The notes below the pieces were generated by a model, which had not been told where the DNA came from, searched no databases, and was given only the letters and a program-made list of their open reading frames with translations. A DNA stretch of 64,000 nt from Rhizodiscina lignyota (lineage: Eukaryota): NCBI GenBank assembly GCA_010015805.1, contig ML978135.1:434001-498000 (forward strand), given 5' to 3'. How positions within the stretch are numbered: the first letter of the stretch is position 1; each line of letters opens with the position of its first letter. Positions 51,149 to 64,000 of this stretch are shown piece by piece. The position numbers and the translations under genes are program-made.

Positions 51149-53605
51149 TCAATACAACCCCTTCACCAACTCCGCAATCTTGTCAAACATGGGGCCCTCC
51201 GTCAACTTCGACGCCCTCTCCACAATAATCGGCACCTGGTCCTCGCCCACGTTGTAGTCCTTCAGCGTCTTTTTGATGCCCAGCTCCTCGACCAGGCCCA
51301 AGATCCTGTCGCCCACCTTGCGCGCGTCCGCGCGGTCATCGCCGCTCCGCCCCTCGCCCAGGAAGGGCAGCATGCGCGCCAGCTGCGCCGCGTGCTCGGG
51401 CTCGTCGGCGCGCAGCTTCACCACGTGCCCGAGGGTGAGGGTGGAGGTGACGCCGTGCGGGATGCTGTACGGGCTGCCGAGCGCGTAGCCCAGCGTGTGC
51501 GACAGGCCCAGCGGGCCGTGCACGTTCAGGCCCAGGAAGCCCAGCGACGCGAAGGACGCGATCTGCAGCTGCGTGATAACGTCGGTGTCGGTGGGGTTCG
51601 CGCGGTATTTCGGAAGGTAGATGAAGAGGCTGCTGGCGGCCGACAGCGCGAGCTGGTGCTGGGGGACTTCGGTGGCCTGTGGGGTGTGGTTTGAAAGACG
51701 TTAGTCAGGTGTCCACTGTCTTGATCATCATCGGGTGCGGCTTCTGCATGAGATGAATGGAAGTGTGCATGGGGGACCGGAGTGTGGGTGAGCGTTGCCG
51801 TTAGTGCGTCTGGATCTAGATTTCGTGAACTTCCCGATCTTGGTCATGGGAAATAGCCTGAATTCCAGTATGTTTTCCATGTGGGCCCCCCTGAGGAATT
51901 ATAATCGCCTCCGATCATGGCCAAGGTTGCACACTACCGAAACACCTCTCGTGTTCGGCGGTAAGAATGGACTGCAGTCGCAATTGACCGTGGTAGAGCT
52001 AGGAAATAAGAACTTTGGGATATACGAGGCGCGGGACTGAGACAGGTGCCAGAGCGTTGGGCGAGACCCTGTGGCCACAGCGTCCTGCGGCTAGTAAGGT
52101 AGAGCAGCGGGAAGGGCTCCACCTGATCCACTCTGGTGGACAGGCATAGACGGTTGGAGAGGGTCCTACTGCAATAGGAATACAGTAAGACGAAAGAGAG
52201 TTGCAGATATTGATTTCTTTGAAGGATTCGAGGCGGTGCAATTGGGAACGCGCCGAAGTTGCAATCGCTTAAACGCTGGACGGAGGGTTTCTTGTGTGCT
52301 TTTGGGCATTGCAACGTCCGCATCGTCGGCCGACGTTCGCCGCGCGCTGTACATGTTTGACCGCGCGGGACGAAGTGCGCGACACGTACCGGGTGAAGGA
52401 GGAATTCTGAGACATGCCGAAAGCACGACGGGCGTGAATTGTCGGCAATTGCGGAAGACGTGAAAGCATCCAAAAGGATAAGAGGGGTTGTGGAGATACA
52501 TCGTTGCATGCAATTGGAAACCGCTCCCGAGGAAATGTGCGGTGATTCCGAAACGTTAAGCAAGGGAGTACAACATTTGGATTTGCAGTTGCACGATAAG
52601 CGAGACGGAGCAGGGCTGAAACATGGCCACGTTGAATCCGCATTAGTCAGGGCCCTGGGGGTAGATGTAGGGTCCTTGTGGTGGTGTGGTCACCGTCGGC
52701 ATGCCGTGGAAAGCCTGATATCCCTATCCCTGGGCGTGAAGTCGAATTGAATCTCACGATCCCGAGAGCGAAGGTGATCTATGCATCCTGCAGCTCGCGT
52801 AGAAGAGGTAGCGCCTGGCCTTACCAAGACGGTATGGGTCCCTTGAAGTTGGTGATCCCGAAAGCGAAGCAAATAATTGGAGTCATGGTACTTGAGAGGA
52901 GGAGGACGGCCGCCAATTCGGAGCATCACCAATTCGAGGTAGCGCTGCACGAAAGACTTTCTGGTGTGGTGACGCGAGTTGAAGCAAAAGCGGACTCACC
53001 GTAGGATGTATCATCAACTCCATTGCATGGTCCAGCGCCCTGAACCCCGTGCTCATGAATAAGTCCTTCGGCGTCTCCTTTGCGAAGATCGCGTCGTAGA
53101 TGATCGCATTGACGGCAATGTGCTCGCTCGCAATAGCGGTCTTCAGCCCCGTGTCTGTCGTCAGGCCAGCGCCCATCGTACACTCCGCAGCACTCAGAGT
53201 TGTGGGTATCGTTACATGATACAGCCACTTCCCACTCTTCTCATGATATCGGAATGAAATGCCCTTGGACGAGTCCATTGGCGAGCCACCACCGATGGAG
53301 ATGACGGTGTCAATGCTCGTGTCTTTCAGCAACTCTGCGACGATGTCGTCGAGCTGCGCAATTGGCGAGTGCTGCTTGATGTTCGCAAAGGTGCCTGCGT
53401 GCTTACTCCCGAGTAGCTTCTCGACGTTCTTGATGAGCGGAGTCTTCGTCGCGAGCGAGTTGCCGGTGATGATACAGGCCCTGGACGTCTCAGCCGGAAG
53501 CGTGGAGAGGAGGTACTTTTCGACAGAGTTGGGCCCATAGTACATGCCCTTCAAGTGAGTGGGTTGCCATGCACCGGCGAGCGGCGACGTGGTCGCTTCA
53601 ATCAT
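51149..53605 (-). CDS. Fe-containing alcohol dehydrogenase / maleylacetate-reductase-like protein, 2 exons split by a 1,323-nt intron
   Basis: Exon 1: SIGGGSPMD, IPTTLSAAE, RALDHAME..HPT. Exon 2: ATEVP...GLSHTLGYALGSPYSIPHG. Phase-0 intron 51677-52999 (gtgagt...ctgactaac...cag). Upstream in-frame ATG at 53710. Confidence 0.88.
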
Positions 53606-54768
53606 CGTGGACTTGGTGCGGTCGAAGGTCTGTTTACTGAAGACAGGAGATCTGATGAGCTGACGGCGTAGGAAAGTGCAATTGAGAAGAAGAGGAAGTC
53701 TCACATTCATAAGGGAGGGAACAGGTGAAATAAGAGCTTAGAAATTGAAAGTCGATATGCTTGACCATCGGAGTTTAACGCAGCGAACGCGACGCGGCCA
53801 CGGGAGCTCGTGACGGCATCCCGAGGTTCCAAGGCTGCAAGTATCCCGGCCACCTGTTACCCGATCCAGCGTAGGTCGAATTGATTCCCTTCTTTATACA
53901 GCGCCATTGTGCGCTTACCTGCTGAAGCTGTGGACAATCGGCGCGGAGAAGCTTGAGCTGGTAAAGGAAGAGATGCATCGGGCAGTCGGTGTCTGTCGAT
54001 TTGCTCCTTCTTCCTGGCGTCAAGCCACAAATGCTTACAAAGAATTTGGATTGGGCAGAGGCCAAATATATACCCACTAATCATCGCTGTAGGCTTTGTC
54101 TCGCGATCTCTTCTTCTCCAACTTCTTCCTCCTCGGAAATTTCGACGGCAATCGTACATCTCCTCTCGCGGGTTCGATTTGTGCGACCACGTCAACTTCT
54201 AAGGACTTGCACTCCGCTCGCAGCGCTATGTCTAAACGCATCGTAGCGTCAAGAGTGGTAGATCTGCTGCCGGGTCTATCCAATCGCCGTGCCATCACAT
54301 CGATACAAGGCACCTGCTCCTCTATGAGCTGGATGTGGCCAGTCAAGCGTCAATATAGTTTGTGTTGCGCTTCTTCCGTCGCATTAACTCTATCACTCGA
54401 GCATGGGTTAGATCACAGTTAAGCGCTCTGCCGTTGGGCCAGTTCAGCTCTCCCTCCATTTCTTCAATCATTCGTATTGCTTCTTCTATGACCTCGGCAC
54501 GTTGGCTATGTGTTCATTGCAATCTTGAGATGAGCTTCTTCTGTTGTGCGCACAGATCTTTTCGGCTCTGCTCTTAATGCTGGGAACCCCTCTTCCTCAA
54601 GTTCGCACAGCTCACTGCAGGATCACTTTGAACATAGACCCTGCCTCTTCAGGCCTTTTGGCGGGGTTGCCCCAACATCTGTGAGAGTATTGATAACGTT
54701 TCTACGCGCGCTCGGGACATTGCTACTCACACATTACTGCGATTAGAGATATGTCCATTCCGCGGCAC

Positions 54769-55236
54769 CTACGTGGTGAGTGCAGCTTTACTTGAATCAT
54801 ATATAGAACCGCGCTCGCAGAACGAGCCCCAATCGAACTCATCCTCCCAATCAAGATCCTCCGTGCGATCGCCGGTCGCAATGGCTGGCAAGCCCGCCTA
54901 CATGCGAATTAGATGCGAATACCATGCGAAAGAAAGCGAGAAGAGTGTTACCTGCACGCGCATCACATCCAGCATGCCCTCCACCACCTCCGGAATCGCA
55001 CCCAGCTCCTTCAACACCAGCACGCCGACCTCGATAGCATCTTTGGGCTTGTGCGTCTGCCCACGGCGAGCCTCCGCGCGACCATAGGCCTCAACGGCCG
55101 CCGTGTATTGACGCACGCAGTCCGCGAAAGCCGCGCGAGCATCCTCAATCTTGGCGTTGTGCGGGATCGGATCTCCCGCATGGGCCTGCGGAGCACGATG
55201 AGCTCGCTGACATGAGGCACGAAGGCCGGCGGGACC
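54769..55236 (-). CDS. Possible small spliced hypothetical gene or relic; 5' end unresolved
   Basis: Frame NAKIEDARAAFADCVRQYTAAVEAY...RVQ, canonical 54-nt intron 54898-54951 (gtaaca...ctaat...tag), then AGLPAIAT...DLDWEDEFDW. Confidence 0.35.
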
Positions 55237-55952
55237 TATTCACGCAAATTAACATGCGACTCCTTCGATGGCTGATTCAAGCACGCCGACTCCTAAACCA
55301 AAAACAATAGCCACGTCAGTCGTCGCCCCGTATCCTCGTACCACTCATGTCACCAGCCCTCCCATCCAGGCACATTGTATCCGCGCCATCGTTGCGATTG
55401 CAATTTCAATCTTGCAGACCTTGCAGCCCTCTGAAGCTGACGCCGCACCTTATATACGGTATACATTGGGATAGGATGATGCTAATGAACTCACTTCGCC
55501 CATTGAGTCGGGTCTGATCACTATTCGCCCATCATCTTAGATTTGTCGGTGACTACGCAACATGAAGCGATTTCTTTCCGGTAACTTCTCCGAGTGTTTC
55601 ACCGTATGTTCTAACTTTGATCATGCCCGGCCGAATGAGGTTCATGGTGATTATTATATTCCTAATCCATCCACCTCTCGTCACTTTCTACCGGCGATGC
55701 ACCCTACATGCTTAGCAGTGTATTAATGGATATATAGGATTCCAAAGCACTATCGTTTTCGCGAGTAAGGTGGCCTGGTAGAGCGTCGTCGATCCATGCG
55801 ACGTCTCGCTTCTGCGGAATTCTTATAGCGAAGCCTCTTATACATTAACTTCCGGTTGGCCGTTTTACTATCTACATAAGAGTTCTCTCCGTTTAACGCC
55901 AGCCCACGAGCAGCAACACGCATCGACGATTAGCTCGCAACCACCGTACACC

Positions 55953-56384
55953 ATGCCAACCGGTTCCTGCCTCTGCGGCAATATCCGCATTTCCTATGAC
56001 GGCGACGCCACTATGAAGGGCATCTGCCACTGCAACGATTGCCGCCGCCTCCCCGGCTTCGGCCTCGTCTTCGGCATTCCCGAGCAGGACTTCAAAATCA
56101 CGCATGGAGAGCCGAAAGTTTTCATCAAGGTCGCAGACTCGGGGAGAGACATACACACGTACTTCTGCGACAACTGCGGTACGCAGCTGTGGAGGACCAA
56201 CAACATGCCGGAGATGAAGGGGCTGGTTATGCTGCGGGCGCCGGTGATTGATCAGGTGGAAGAGATTGATGGCGAGAAGGGGAAGCCGACTGTCGAGATT
56301 TACGCGGAGAGACGTCCTGCATGGAAGGCGCCCGTTGAAGGAGCGGCGCAAATGAATAGTAGATGGGAGCCTATTGAGGCCTAA
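55953..56384 (+). CDS. GFA / Mss4-like (CENP-V) zinc-binding protein
   Basis: GSCLCG, CHCNDCRR, FCDNCGTQL, EIY...R..W. Confidence 0.9.
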   Translation: MPTGSCLCGNIRISYDGDATMKGICHCNDCRRLPGFGLVFGIPEQDFKITHGEPKVFIKVADSGRDIHTYFCDNCGTQLWRTNNMPEMKGLVMLRAPVIDQVEEIDGEKGKPTVEIYAERRPAWKAPVEGAAQMNSRWEPIEA

Positions 56385-59259
56385 GACTTTGAAAGACTTT
56401 GGGATTGGGCGTTGGTGTTCTTCTGCTCTTCCAATACTATCCGCTGAAATCGAACTCGTCTGGTGAAAGATATTCTTCCGCAGAGCTGACGAGGGTTGTT
56501 GAAGTGTACTCCGACCCTGAACGGATGTTCTTCTGCGTATCCGTTCACACCTCCTGAAGTCTGCTTACTCGGCACACCCCATTGTTCCACATAGCTCCTC
56601 ATATGTGCAGGCCTTCTGTTCTGAGTTGAACTGCTTTATTTATTCGCCACGTAGAATGCTTTTCAACTTATGTTCTGCTCCAAGACAGTCATTCTTCCAT
56701 ATGGCCCGCCATGCTTGTTGAACTCTACTCTGCCGATTAAATGGCCCTCTTGGTTGCTACCGGATATGTGTTTCGATCTTCCCTTTGACATTCCACGACT
56801 ACAATTCCGCGCAAACTAGCATATTCACTGAACACTCCTCCATTGCCCAGCAATCAGTCCTCTCGCTATCTGTCTCATCATGCACACCTCTTCTGTATGG
56901 CGCGATTGTCATTCTTCTGTACAGTGCCGGTATACTTCCTGAACCCTCTTCTACTGCTTGTGGCCATTCTTCCGCAGAGCCTGACGGAACGAACTCACCG
57001 CGTGGCTGTAACGAGTACCTTGATGAGGTTTATCATGTAGATGCCAATGTATCAGTGTGGTAGATATATGCTCAAGAGAACCTACGGTGCGGCGGACATC
57101 CGCGAAGGCATCTCGATCGGGCACAGTTGTGAGGGTTCCCGTCGCCTGTCCGTTCTCGCGGTTTCTGGTGGCATGAGGCACCAAATTCAGGAGTACTGAT
57201 GTCAAAATGGACATCTCTCTCGTCGCGACGGAGCCGACAAACTGTTGCAGTCACTGCCAGGAGAGTCAGGCCTCCTTTGTGAGTTCACCTCTTCCTCAGG
57301 AACGCTATCGACGTCGTCGTCATCATCATCGGGAAGCTCGTTGCTGACGTCTAGCTGTGTCAGGACCTTGCTCCTCTTCTTCACGACCATGCTGTGTACC
57401 TCAACAATCAAAAGCGTTGCAGAACGTCTACTTCAACTGTATCTGACAACGGTAGTATTTGCCACCAATATACCTTCTGAATCCGTGCTCGTACTCATCA
57501 CGGTCAACGTCGTCGAAGTCGTCGTATTTGTCCAAGCCGCCAGCGTGTTTGGAGGCTAGGCGCATTGCGAGATATAATTCTCGTTTCGAACTTTGTGTAC
57601 ACTGTTAGATGTCTAACATGGCGTTGGAACAGGAAATGGTCAACGCGAACCGGCGCATGTGCTGCGAAATGCACCTCTCTGTAATGTCGTGCGTCTTGAA
57701 GAAGCCGTGTTAAGGAATTACGGCGAATACAGTGTCGGCATCGTGCGCGGACAGGTCGGTCTATCAGAAGTGTGCGATGTGGTAGTCGCACGGAGCTTCG
57801 CGTACGCTGCTCGACATATGGAACCCCAGTAAGACCGCGGTGATCAACTCCGGCTTTTAAATTCTTTGGGAAGAAATGTCTCAGCTTGTCTTAACGCTGA
57901 CATGGAGAATCTGCTGCCTGAATTGGGCCAGGCCGATCGCGGTGACCATGTGCCGTTCGATTCACCGAAATTTTGGCCAAATGGTGTAAAACTCTTCTGG
58001 ACGTCGCAAAACGCTTGGTGGTAACTGCAGCAGGGCGTGGTTGCGATTGTCAAGACCCAGGCTCGTTCATGCTAGTCGCGAGACGGATAAGTAGTACAAA
58101 TACCTTCAGTGCATGACAGAGATATGTGTCTTTTCCAGGAGAAATGCTCTCGAATTCATCGCGCACCAACGCAGGGCCTCTAACTTATAATGAAGGATCG
58201 TGAACAGTCATTGCTTTCGGAGTCTTTCTCGATTGCGATGCGTGTGCGTAGAGCAGCGTGGGTAATCGGCGCATCCACATGTATACGGGCGTACCGGAGG
58301 TCTCAGACATCTGTTTGCGTCAACTATAGTATCCTCGGAACAAAGAGATCTGGTTTGACCCAGTCTATTCCAACGAGAATCTGCATGTGCAGAAAGAAAT
58401 GACCGAGAGCAAAGGCGAAGAAGGCTCGCCAGCCAATTCCCAACGCTCATCACAACCCTTGTTAAGGGAAAAGGAATTAGTAATGATGTAGATGAATTTA
58501 GAGACTCTTCATGATTGGTCCAAGAAACGTAATGATCATCGACGCAAGTGTTGTGTTTCCGCTGGGTCGTGCCTGCGTCTGCGCTTCTTGAATCGAGGAT
58601 GTCAATTTTTGTACGAAACTAGTTAAGCAGGCAAAGGATTAGTTATATTCCACTGCGGAGAGGTTGAAACTTACCGATAGCAAGATACGCCAAGTTACTC
58701 AAACAGAACGTCTTCGAGCTGTTGTTTCGTTGGTCGATTCTCAGCCTCTTCCCCAGCGCACCAAGACACAGCCGTATATAATGAACGATAAAAAGTAAAA
58801 TCTTTCAGCACAATCATCTTCAATTCCTCGCTCCCCTCTGTAGGCCTTCTACCCATTGCTCGAAAAGGACCCGAGAGGAGAGGAAAGAGTAGCTACCTAC
58901 GCCCGTCGCATCGTAAAGTTACATGCATCGCATCAGCATCTCAGCATTTCAGAGCCATTGCAAACCCCGTCCCATCCCGTTGCCGCACCCCCAAGAAGCC
59001 AGAGTGAGAATCAGCAAGTCAGAGAAAAAGCCTCCTCGAAGGAGGAAAAAGAAGCAGAGCAGAAAGGAGTCCCAGGAAAAAAGGTATGTCCTCCGAAAAG
59101 CCTTGGATCGAACCTCAGCAGAGAAGAGAAGAGAAGTGACAAAGGGCCAAAAAAGTCGAGATCAAGACACAGAAGTGTATCTCTTCCGCTCGCACCAAAC
59201 CTCACTCCCAGCAATCATCGAATCAACCCTCTTTCACCACCTACTTCCCCAGTAGCACC

Positions 59260-61441
59260 TCATCTCACAACCCTAACATCCAACGCCAACCTCGCATTCC
59301 TCTCCAACGCCACCCTCAAATCCTCATCCCCGTCCAACGCAAACATCTTCCCCTCTCTCTCATCTCGATAACTCACCGCGAGCTCGATCCCGCCATCATC
59401 ACCATACCCCTCCATCCTGCGCTCCTTGATCCGCTTGTACAGATCCGCCCAGCGGAACTGGCCGATGGGCGGCATCTTGACGACGATGACGTCGTCGGGG
59501 CTGAAGAAGACCTTGATCTTGGTGGCGGGCTGCGCGGTGCCGGACGCCATGGGGATGGGGGCGGGGGTGGCCGCGGTGGAGGAGGAGCCGGTGGTGGTTT
59601 GGGTGAGGGCGGAGAGGGACGAGTTGTTGCGGAGCATGTTAGGGGGTTGCTGTGAGGGCGGGGGAGACATGAGGCCCTGCGAGTTGCTCAAGCTGCTTTG
59701 GTTGCGCTGATGTGCCGGATATCCCGAGGGCTGCGACGCGAACGCTGTCGCTGCGACGGAGGGGTTGCTCAGATTGCCTACGGACGATACGGCGCTTCCC
59801 AAATCTGGAGAGACAGACTGGTGGGAAGAAGAGGAGAGGCGGTATCCATCCGGCGCAGTAGGATCAATCTCGTAGTCGCCTTTCCGGGGTGCAAAGAAGC
59901 GGCGCACGAGGTACGACTGCGTGATCTTGGGGCCAAGCTTTAGCAACTTGCGGATGTACTCGTCGAGGTTCGCGCGACGGCCGTTGGAGATGTTATCCGT
60001 AACGTAAGTAACCGGTCCCGGCATGAAGGGCAGACTGCGCTCGTAGCCCTCGACGTTGCCAGCCTCGCGTGGGAATTCTTGGATCAGGTTGATCTGGAGG
60101 TCGTAGAAGTCCTGGTACAGGCGGGAGAGTTCCCAGTGCCGGCCGTCTTCCATCTGGCACTCGACGATGAACCAGAAGATGTCGTCAGCGAAGCAGTAGC
60201 GCGGCACGGAGGCTTTGACGGGTATGAGCGGGATCTCGTCTTGGTAGGATTGTTGGTTCATGTTGGGGTAGGCGCCGTAGGGGGATGGCTGCTGGTAACT
60301 CTGGCCGCGTTGCTGTTCAGGAATGTAAGCACAAATGTCTTAGACACTGGGGGAATGTGTTCATACCGATTCCGCTCCTTGACCATAGCCACCGTTCGAG
60401 GTGAACTGAGTCTGCTGGCTCTGCAAACTCATGCGCGCCATGCCCTGCTGCATATCCTGCGTCGCGTCGCCGCCCAACTTGCCTAACGAGATGCTGCCGT
60501 TCTTGTAGTCCGCCGCCATCTTCTTCCACTCCTCAACCTTTGGAACCCCTGCTCTCTTCACTGCCTCGACGGGGTCCGGCATGGCTTGTCCTGTCGTCAT
60601 ATCGCGAATCTCGATGAACGACACCGGGATGAGACCCGGCCCTCCTAACCGCGTGATTGGCTTCGCGACGAACCACTCCGGATTCGACTGCGCGATGACC
60701 AGAATGGCCTCTCCTTCCTTGGCGTCCAGTTCGTCTGGCCTTTCCGCCTTGAAGTCGTATATGACAACGCCATACACACCACCGCCCTTGCCCATCGACT
60801 TGGACATCCTCAAGCCAGCCATTCCAACCATTCCAACCATTCCGTTCATCATCGCAGGTGGACTGTTTGAGTTCTCTCCTGCATAGCCCGAGTCGTGGCC
60901 GCCACCACCTGACATCCTGGGGCCTGAGCCTGCCGAGCCTTGACTATCGCGCATGTTCTTGTTGACGATGGAAAAGTATTTGACCGGCACTAGTCCTCTC
61001 GTTCCCTGCAGCGGATTGCATGCCTCGTACCAGTCCTCGTCGTTTTCGCGGCCTACTACGTGGAGGAAGTCGCCTTGTGTAAAGGCTAGATAACCGGAGT
61101 TCGGCGAGGGATCTGGGGGGTTGTAGTCGTAGAGCGCTTTGATGACCTATATGAACCCGCACAGTCAGAACGAGTACGCATTCACGAGCTTTGCGAAGAG
61201 ATCGAAGGGGGTAGACAAGGCTATACACCACGTACCTTCTTCGGCGGCACAATCGCAATAGCGTCCTTCTGCGGGATGGAGATGGAAGGCGGTTTAGAGT
61301 CGGCCTTGTCCGACTGCCTCGACATTCGAAACTGCATGTAAAATATTCGTCAAAAAGTGTAGCTCTTTTCTCCCAGGTTGACGGCCGCAACTCGACACAT
61401 AATATTGTCGAGTCACTCGCCATTTCACTGACCTTCACCAT
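59260..61441 (-). CDS. BEM1: Polarity / NADPH-oxidase scaffold Bem1/Scd2 (SH3-SH3-PX-PB1), 4 exons
   Basis: VIKALYDY...GDFLHV..E.DEDWYEA (SH3), YDFKAERPDEL...WFVAKPI.RLGGPGLIPVSF (SH3), LSRLYQDFYDLQI (PX), KIKVFF...YRDE (PB1). Confidence 0.95.
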
Positions 61442-63577
61442 CCTGACACTGCTCTGCTGCGTCAAAGCGCGCAGTCGCTCTCCGTCTCAGATAAAGCTGC
61501 GTGCAGAGCTGCTCCGAGTCGTGCGTGTTGAATGCGCAGGTCGGTCGTTGCGGTGAGTGCGATGTGGAGTCGGAGTGCGGCCGGTGTTTGCGTGTGAGGT
61601 CGACAAAGGAGGGGGGGCCTTGCACTGCCTGCGATATGCGCGACGCCCCAGGATCCAATGCAGCAGAGGAACAAGGAAAAATCTCCGCAGAAAAAGTAGG
61701 GCGACGACGCAGGAACACCTGTAAGTTTCTGTCGGCGCGCCGGCGGGGCCGCTCTTACGTCCGGTCGGTTGCGTAGGATTATTCGCGCTCGAGGTGGAGT
61801 GAGACGTGCGAAGGAGCGCGTTCTCGATGGGGCGGAGGATGGTGCTCTGCTGGCCGTGCCTTTGTGCCTGGAGTCGCGCCGTTGGAGTGAGCGCGAGTCG
61901 AGCCGTGGCTAGCGTCGACGTGAAGGTGAGCTGCTGACTGGCCGCGCAGGCTGGAGCGCGAGTGCAGAGCTGGAGCTGGGGCGAGTGTCTCGAGCACGAC
62001 AACGAGCGGTGCGGAGGTTGGTTTGTTGTTGGTGGTGGTGTCGCGGCGGACTCGAGAAATTCACGTGTGTGTGCAGGAGATTGCAGCTGGCAGCGCAGAA
62101 GAAAAGAGAAGGCGGGCCACGAAATTAATGCAAATTGCACCCCCCACCAAGTGAATTGTTTCGTTTCAATGCATTAACTCGCAACTCATCTACACTATTC
62201 TGCCTATTCCCTCTCGCTTTCAAAGCGCCCTCCTCCCATCTCTGCCCGTCCGCTCCCTGAAAGAGAGTACAGCTGTAGGGCTGCGAGCCTGCATGGCCTC
62301 ATCCCAGCGCCCAACATGCCATTTGAGATCAGCCATCGCCGACTTCTGCCAGCTGCGTCCCAATTGGCGTCGCTCCACGGCCTCGTGATCGCTCTGCAGC
62401 CGGAATAGGCACGTCGAGGGCAGTGGCGGCATCGTCATAGGGTACGTTCTGCTCAGCCTTAGACGCCCAGCAGAGATGCACCCGCCAGCCGAGGCCAATC
62501 AATGCGTGGGCATGTCACTTTACCATGTCATTGGTCTTATGCGGGTCGCGCCGCAGCGTGTGCCTGCCATGCAAATAGCCATCTCGTGAGGTCAATGGCC
62601 GAGTTTATTGCTATGCCTGATGCTAAAGTATCGATCATCGCCACAGCCAATGCACACTGAGCCCGACCGCAAAACCCAAAATGCAACGCTCCGTCCTTGG
62701 AACTCCATCGTAGCCTTGGACGTCAAACTCCACCTAGAACGCCGGAATGAAATCCCCTCACGCAATTGTGAGAGTGAAAGCTAGCTAGGTATCCTCCTCT
62801 GCCTGGCCACTTTCCACGTGCTCGCGGCACGACGTTGGGTAACACGTGCAAAGCTGAAACGTCGGAACCCAGCGCAGCCGAAAGGACCACGCACTTGCGA
62901 CACCGAAATCGCAAGTTGCACCGGTAAGCGACAATGCCGTACGAGTGAAAACCCAGGAAAGGAAAAGTCTTTTGACATTCAGCTGAGCGGCATAAAGTGA
63001 CAAATCTTGACTGATGGGTGCTGCACAACATGGTTGTGGCCGCAGCTGCTGATCATGGAACCTTCGATAGCTCCCGAGAAGTTAATGCCCCCCACAGATG
63101 TGAGGGAAAATCGCTCCAGTGGATTGGTGCGCATGACGCGACCATCTTATCCAGCCATTCCACGCATTCGGATCGAAGAAGCACAGAGGCCCGCTACGTC
63201 GGAGAGAGAAAGACAAGAAGGCAGCACGCACGAGGTGAGGCAAGTGAAACGAGATAGAATGTTAGAAGTCATGAGGGGATCGCGCGTGAGAAGGATCGCA
63301 GGGGTGTCGACGAGGTCTGCATGAGGGAAAGAAACCGACGGTGGGGAATTAGGAACTGCTAGGGGAGGGTGAGTGTCGACGTCGCTCTCGCCATCTGCGT
63401 GGGGAGAGGCCTTCGGTCGTCGAGAGCTACGGTCGTCGAGAGCTACAGTGTGGATCGAGTCGCTCCGTGCTGCATGTTAACTGACCGTGGAGGTCCCTGG
63501 AGTAACTATAAAACCTTCGCAGACACTAATTCTTGTCTAGCGGGAACTTGCCAGGCAGCTGGATGGAGCGGGGACTC

Positions 63578-64000
63578 TCATATCTGGCCCTTGATGTCTA
63601 CTTTTCGGAATGCCGTAGCTTTGGCTAGTTCGAACAGACTGCCAGCTTTCGCAGTGAGGATTTTAAGGACGCCGTCCTTCTCTGAGATCAAGTGTTGGGC
63701 ATTGGCATCGATCAAGAACTGTACGCAGTCCTCATCCGACTCGAAGCCCAGCTCTTCCGTGAGGAATCTCAAGTTGACGTCTGGCTTGTACCTGCATATC
63801 TGTGAGCTAAAGGCAGTTCAGATGATGGGTAGAGGGAATCTTACGCTTTGCAAATGTTAGCAAGAGCAGCTAGCCGCTCTCGACCAACAAACATATCCAT
63901 CAGATATGCGCCCATGTTTGGCGTGTCGAGATAGAGCCGGAAAAACTTGTGATAGTTGCCCAATGCCAGAGCGTTGCGCACTTGGAGTGCGTGTCGGACG
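63578..64000 (-). CDS. THP3: C-terminus of SAC3/GANP-family THP3/LENG8 protein (partial)
   Basis: HALQVR.ALALGNYHKFFRLY..TPNMGAYLMD.FV.RERL; intron; YKPDV.LRFLTEELGFESD...KVDIKGQI. Confidence 0.85.

Noticed and set aside
51700..52150. snoRNA-like boxes (ATGATGA...CTGA) and TPP-like words (CTGAGA, CCTGATC) in the long intron
   Set aside because: The C/D boxes are only about 20 nt apart and the CTGA is the branch site; the TPP-like words are antisense and lack the rest of the aptamer.
52555..52615. Cassette peptide LIVQLQI resembles exon-2 VITQLQI, hinting at a duplicated exon
   Set aside because: The match covers only about 21 nt and does not extend; cannot be told from chance.
53990..54720. 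Charged coding-like fragments on the minus strand (and similar at 56800-57560)
   Set aside because: Several stops and frame changes with no recognisable family; cannot support a call.
40244..56384. MTHFR and GFA as one-carbon partners of the Rieske oxygenase
   Set aside because: They are 30-45 kb away with housekeeping genes between; linkage is probably incidental.
59268..59278. caaccctaac telomere-like or telomerase-template-like word
   Set aside because: Single occurrence inside the BEM1 coding sequence.

Overview
Intron-containing genomic DNA of a filamentous ascomycete (Pezizomycotina; GT-AG introns with CTRAC/CTAAC branch points; exact taxon cannot be determined). About 20 protein-coding loci are supportable. 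Conserved core genes: PNS1, AP-2 beta adaptin, EMC4, SET3-like PHD-SET, MET13-type MTHFR, a Yap-like bZIP, BEM1 and a partial THP3/LENG8. The 6-24 kb block looks accessory. It holds an APC permease divergent from a Rieske oxygenase, a CtBP-like 2-hydroxyacid dehydrogenase, a peroxisomal (SKL) enoyl-CoA hydratase and a Baeyer-Villiger monooxygenase, several with CCTCGG/CGGATA promoter motifs. The block is interrupted by RIP-like damaged DNA, a disrupted secreted-protein gene absent from the ORF track, and a pseudogenised PNP_UDP-ankyrin gene with no NOD domain. The most unusual structure is a 1,323-nt intron in an Fe-ADH/maleylacetate-reductase-like gene that contains a candidate stop-containing cassette exon. 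No rRNA, tRNA, CRISPR array or intact transposon was recognised. All family calls are motif recognition by eye, not database searches.
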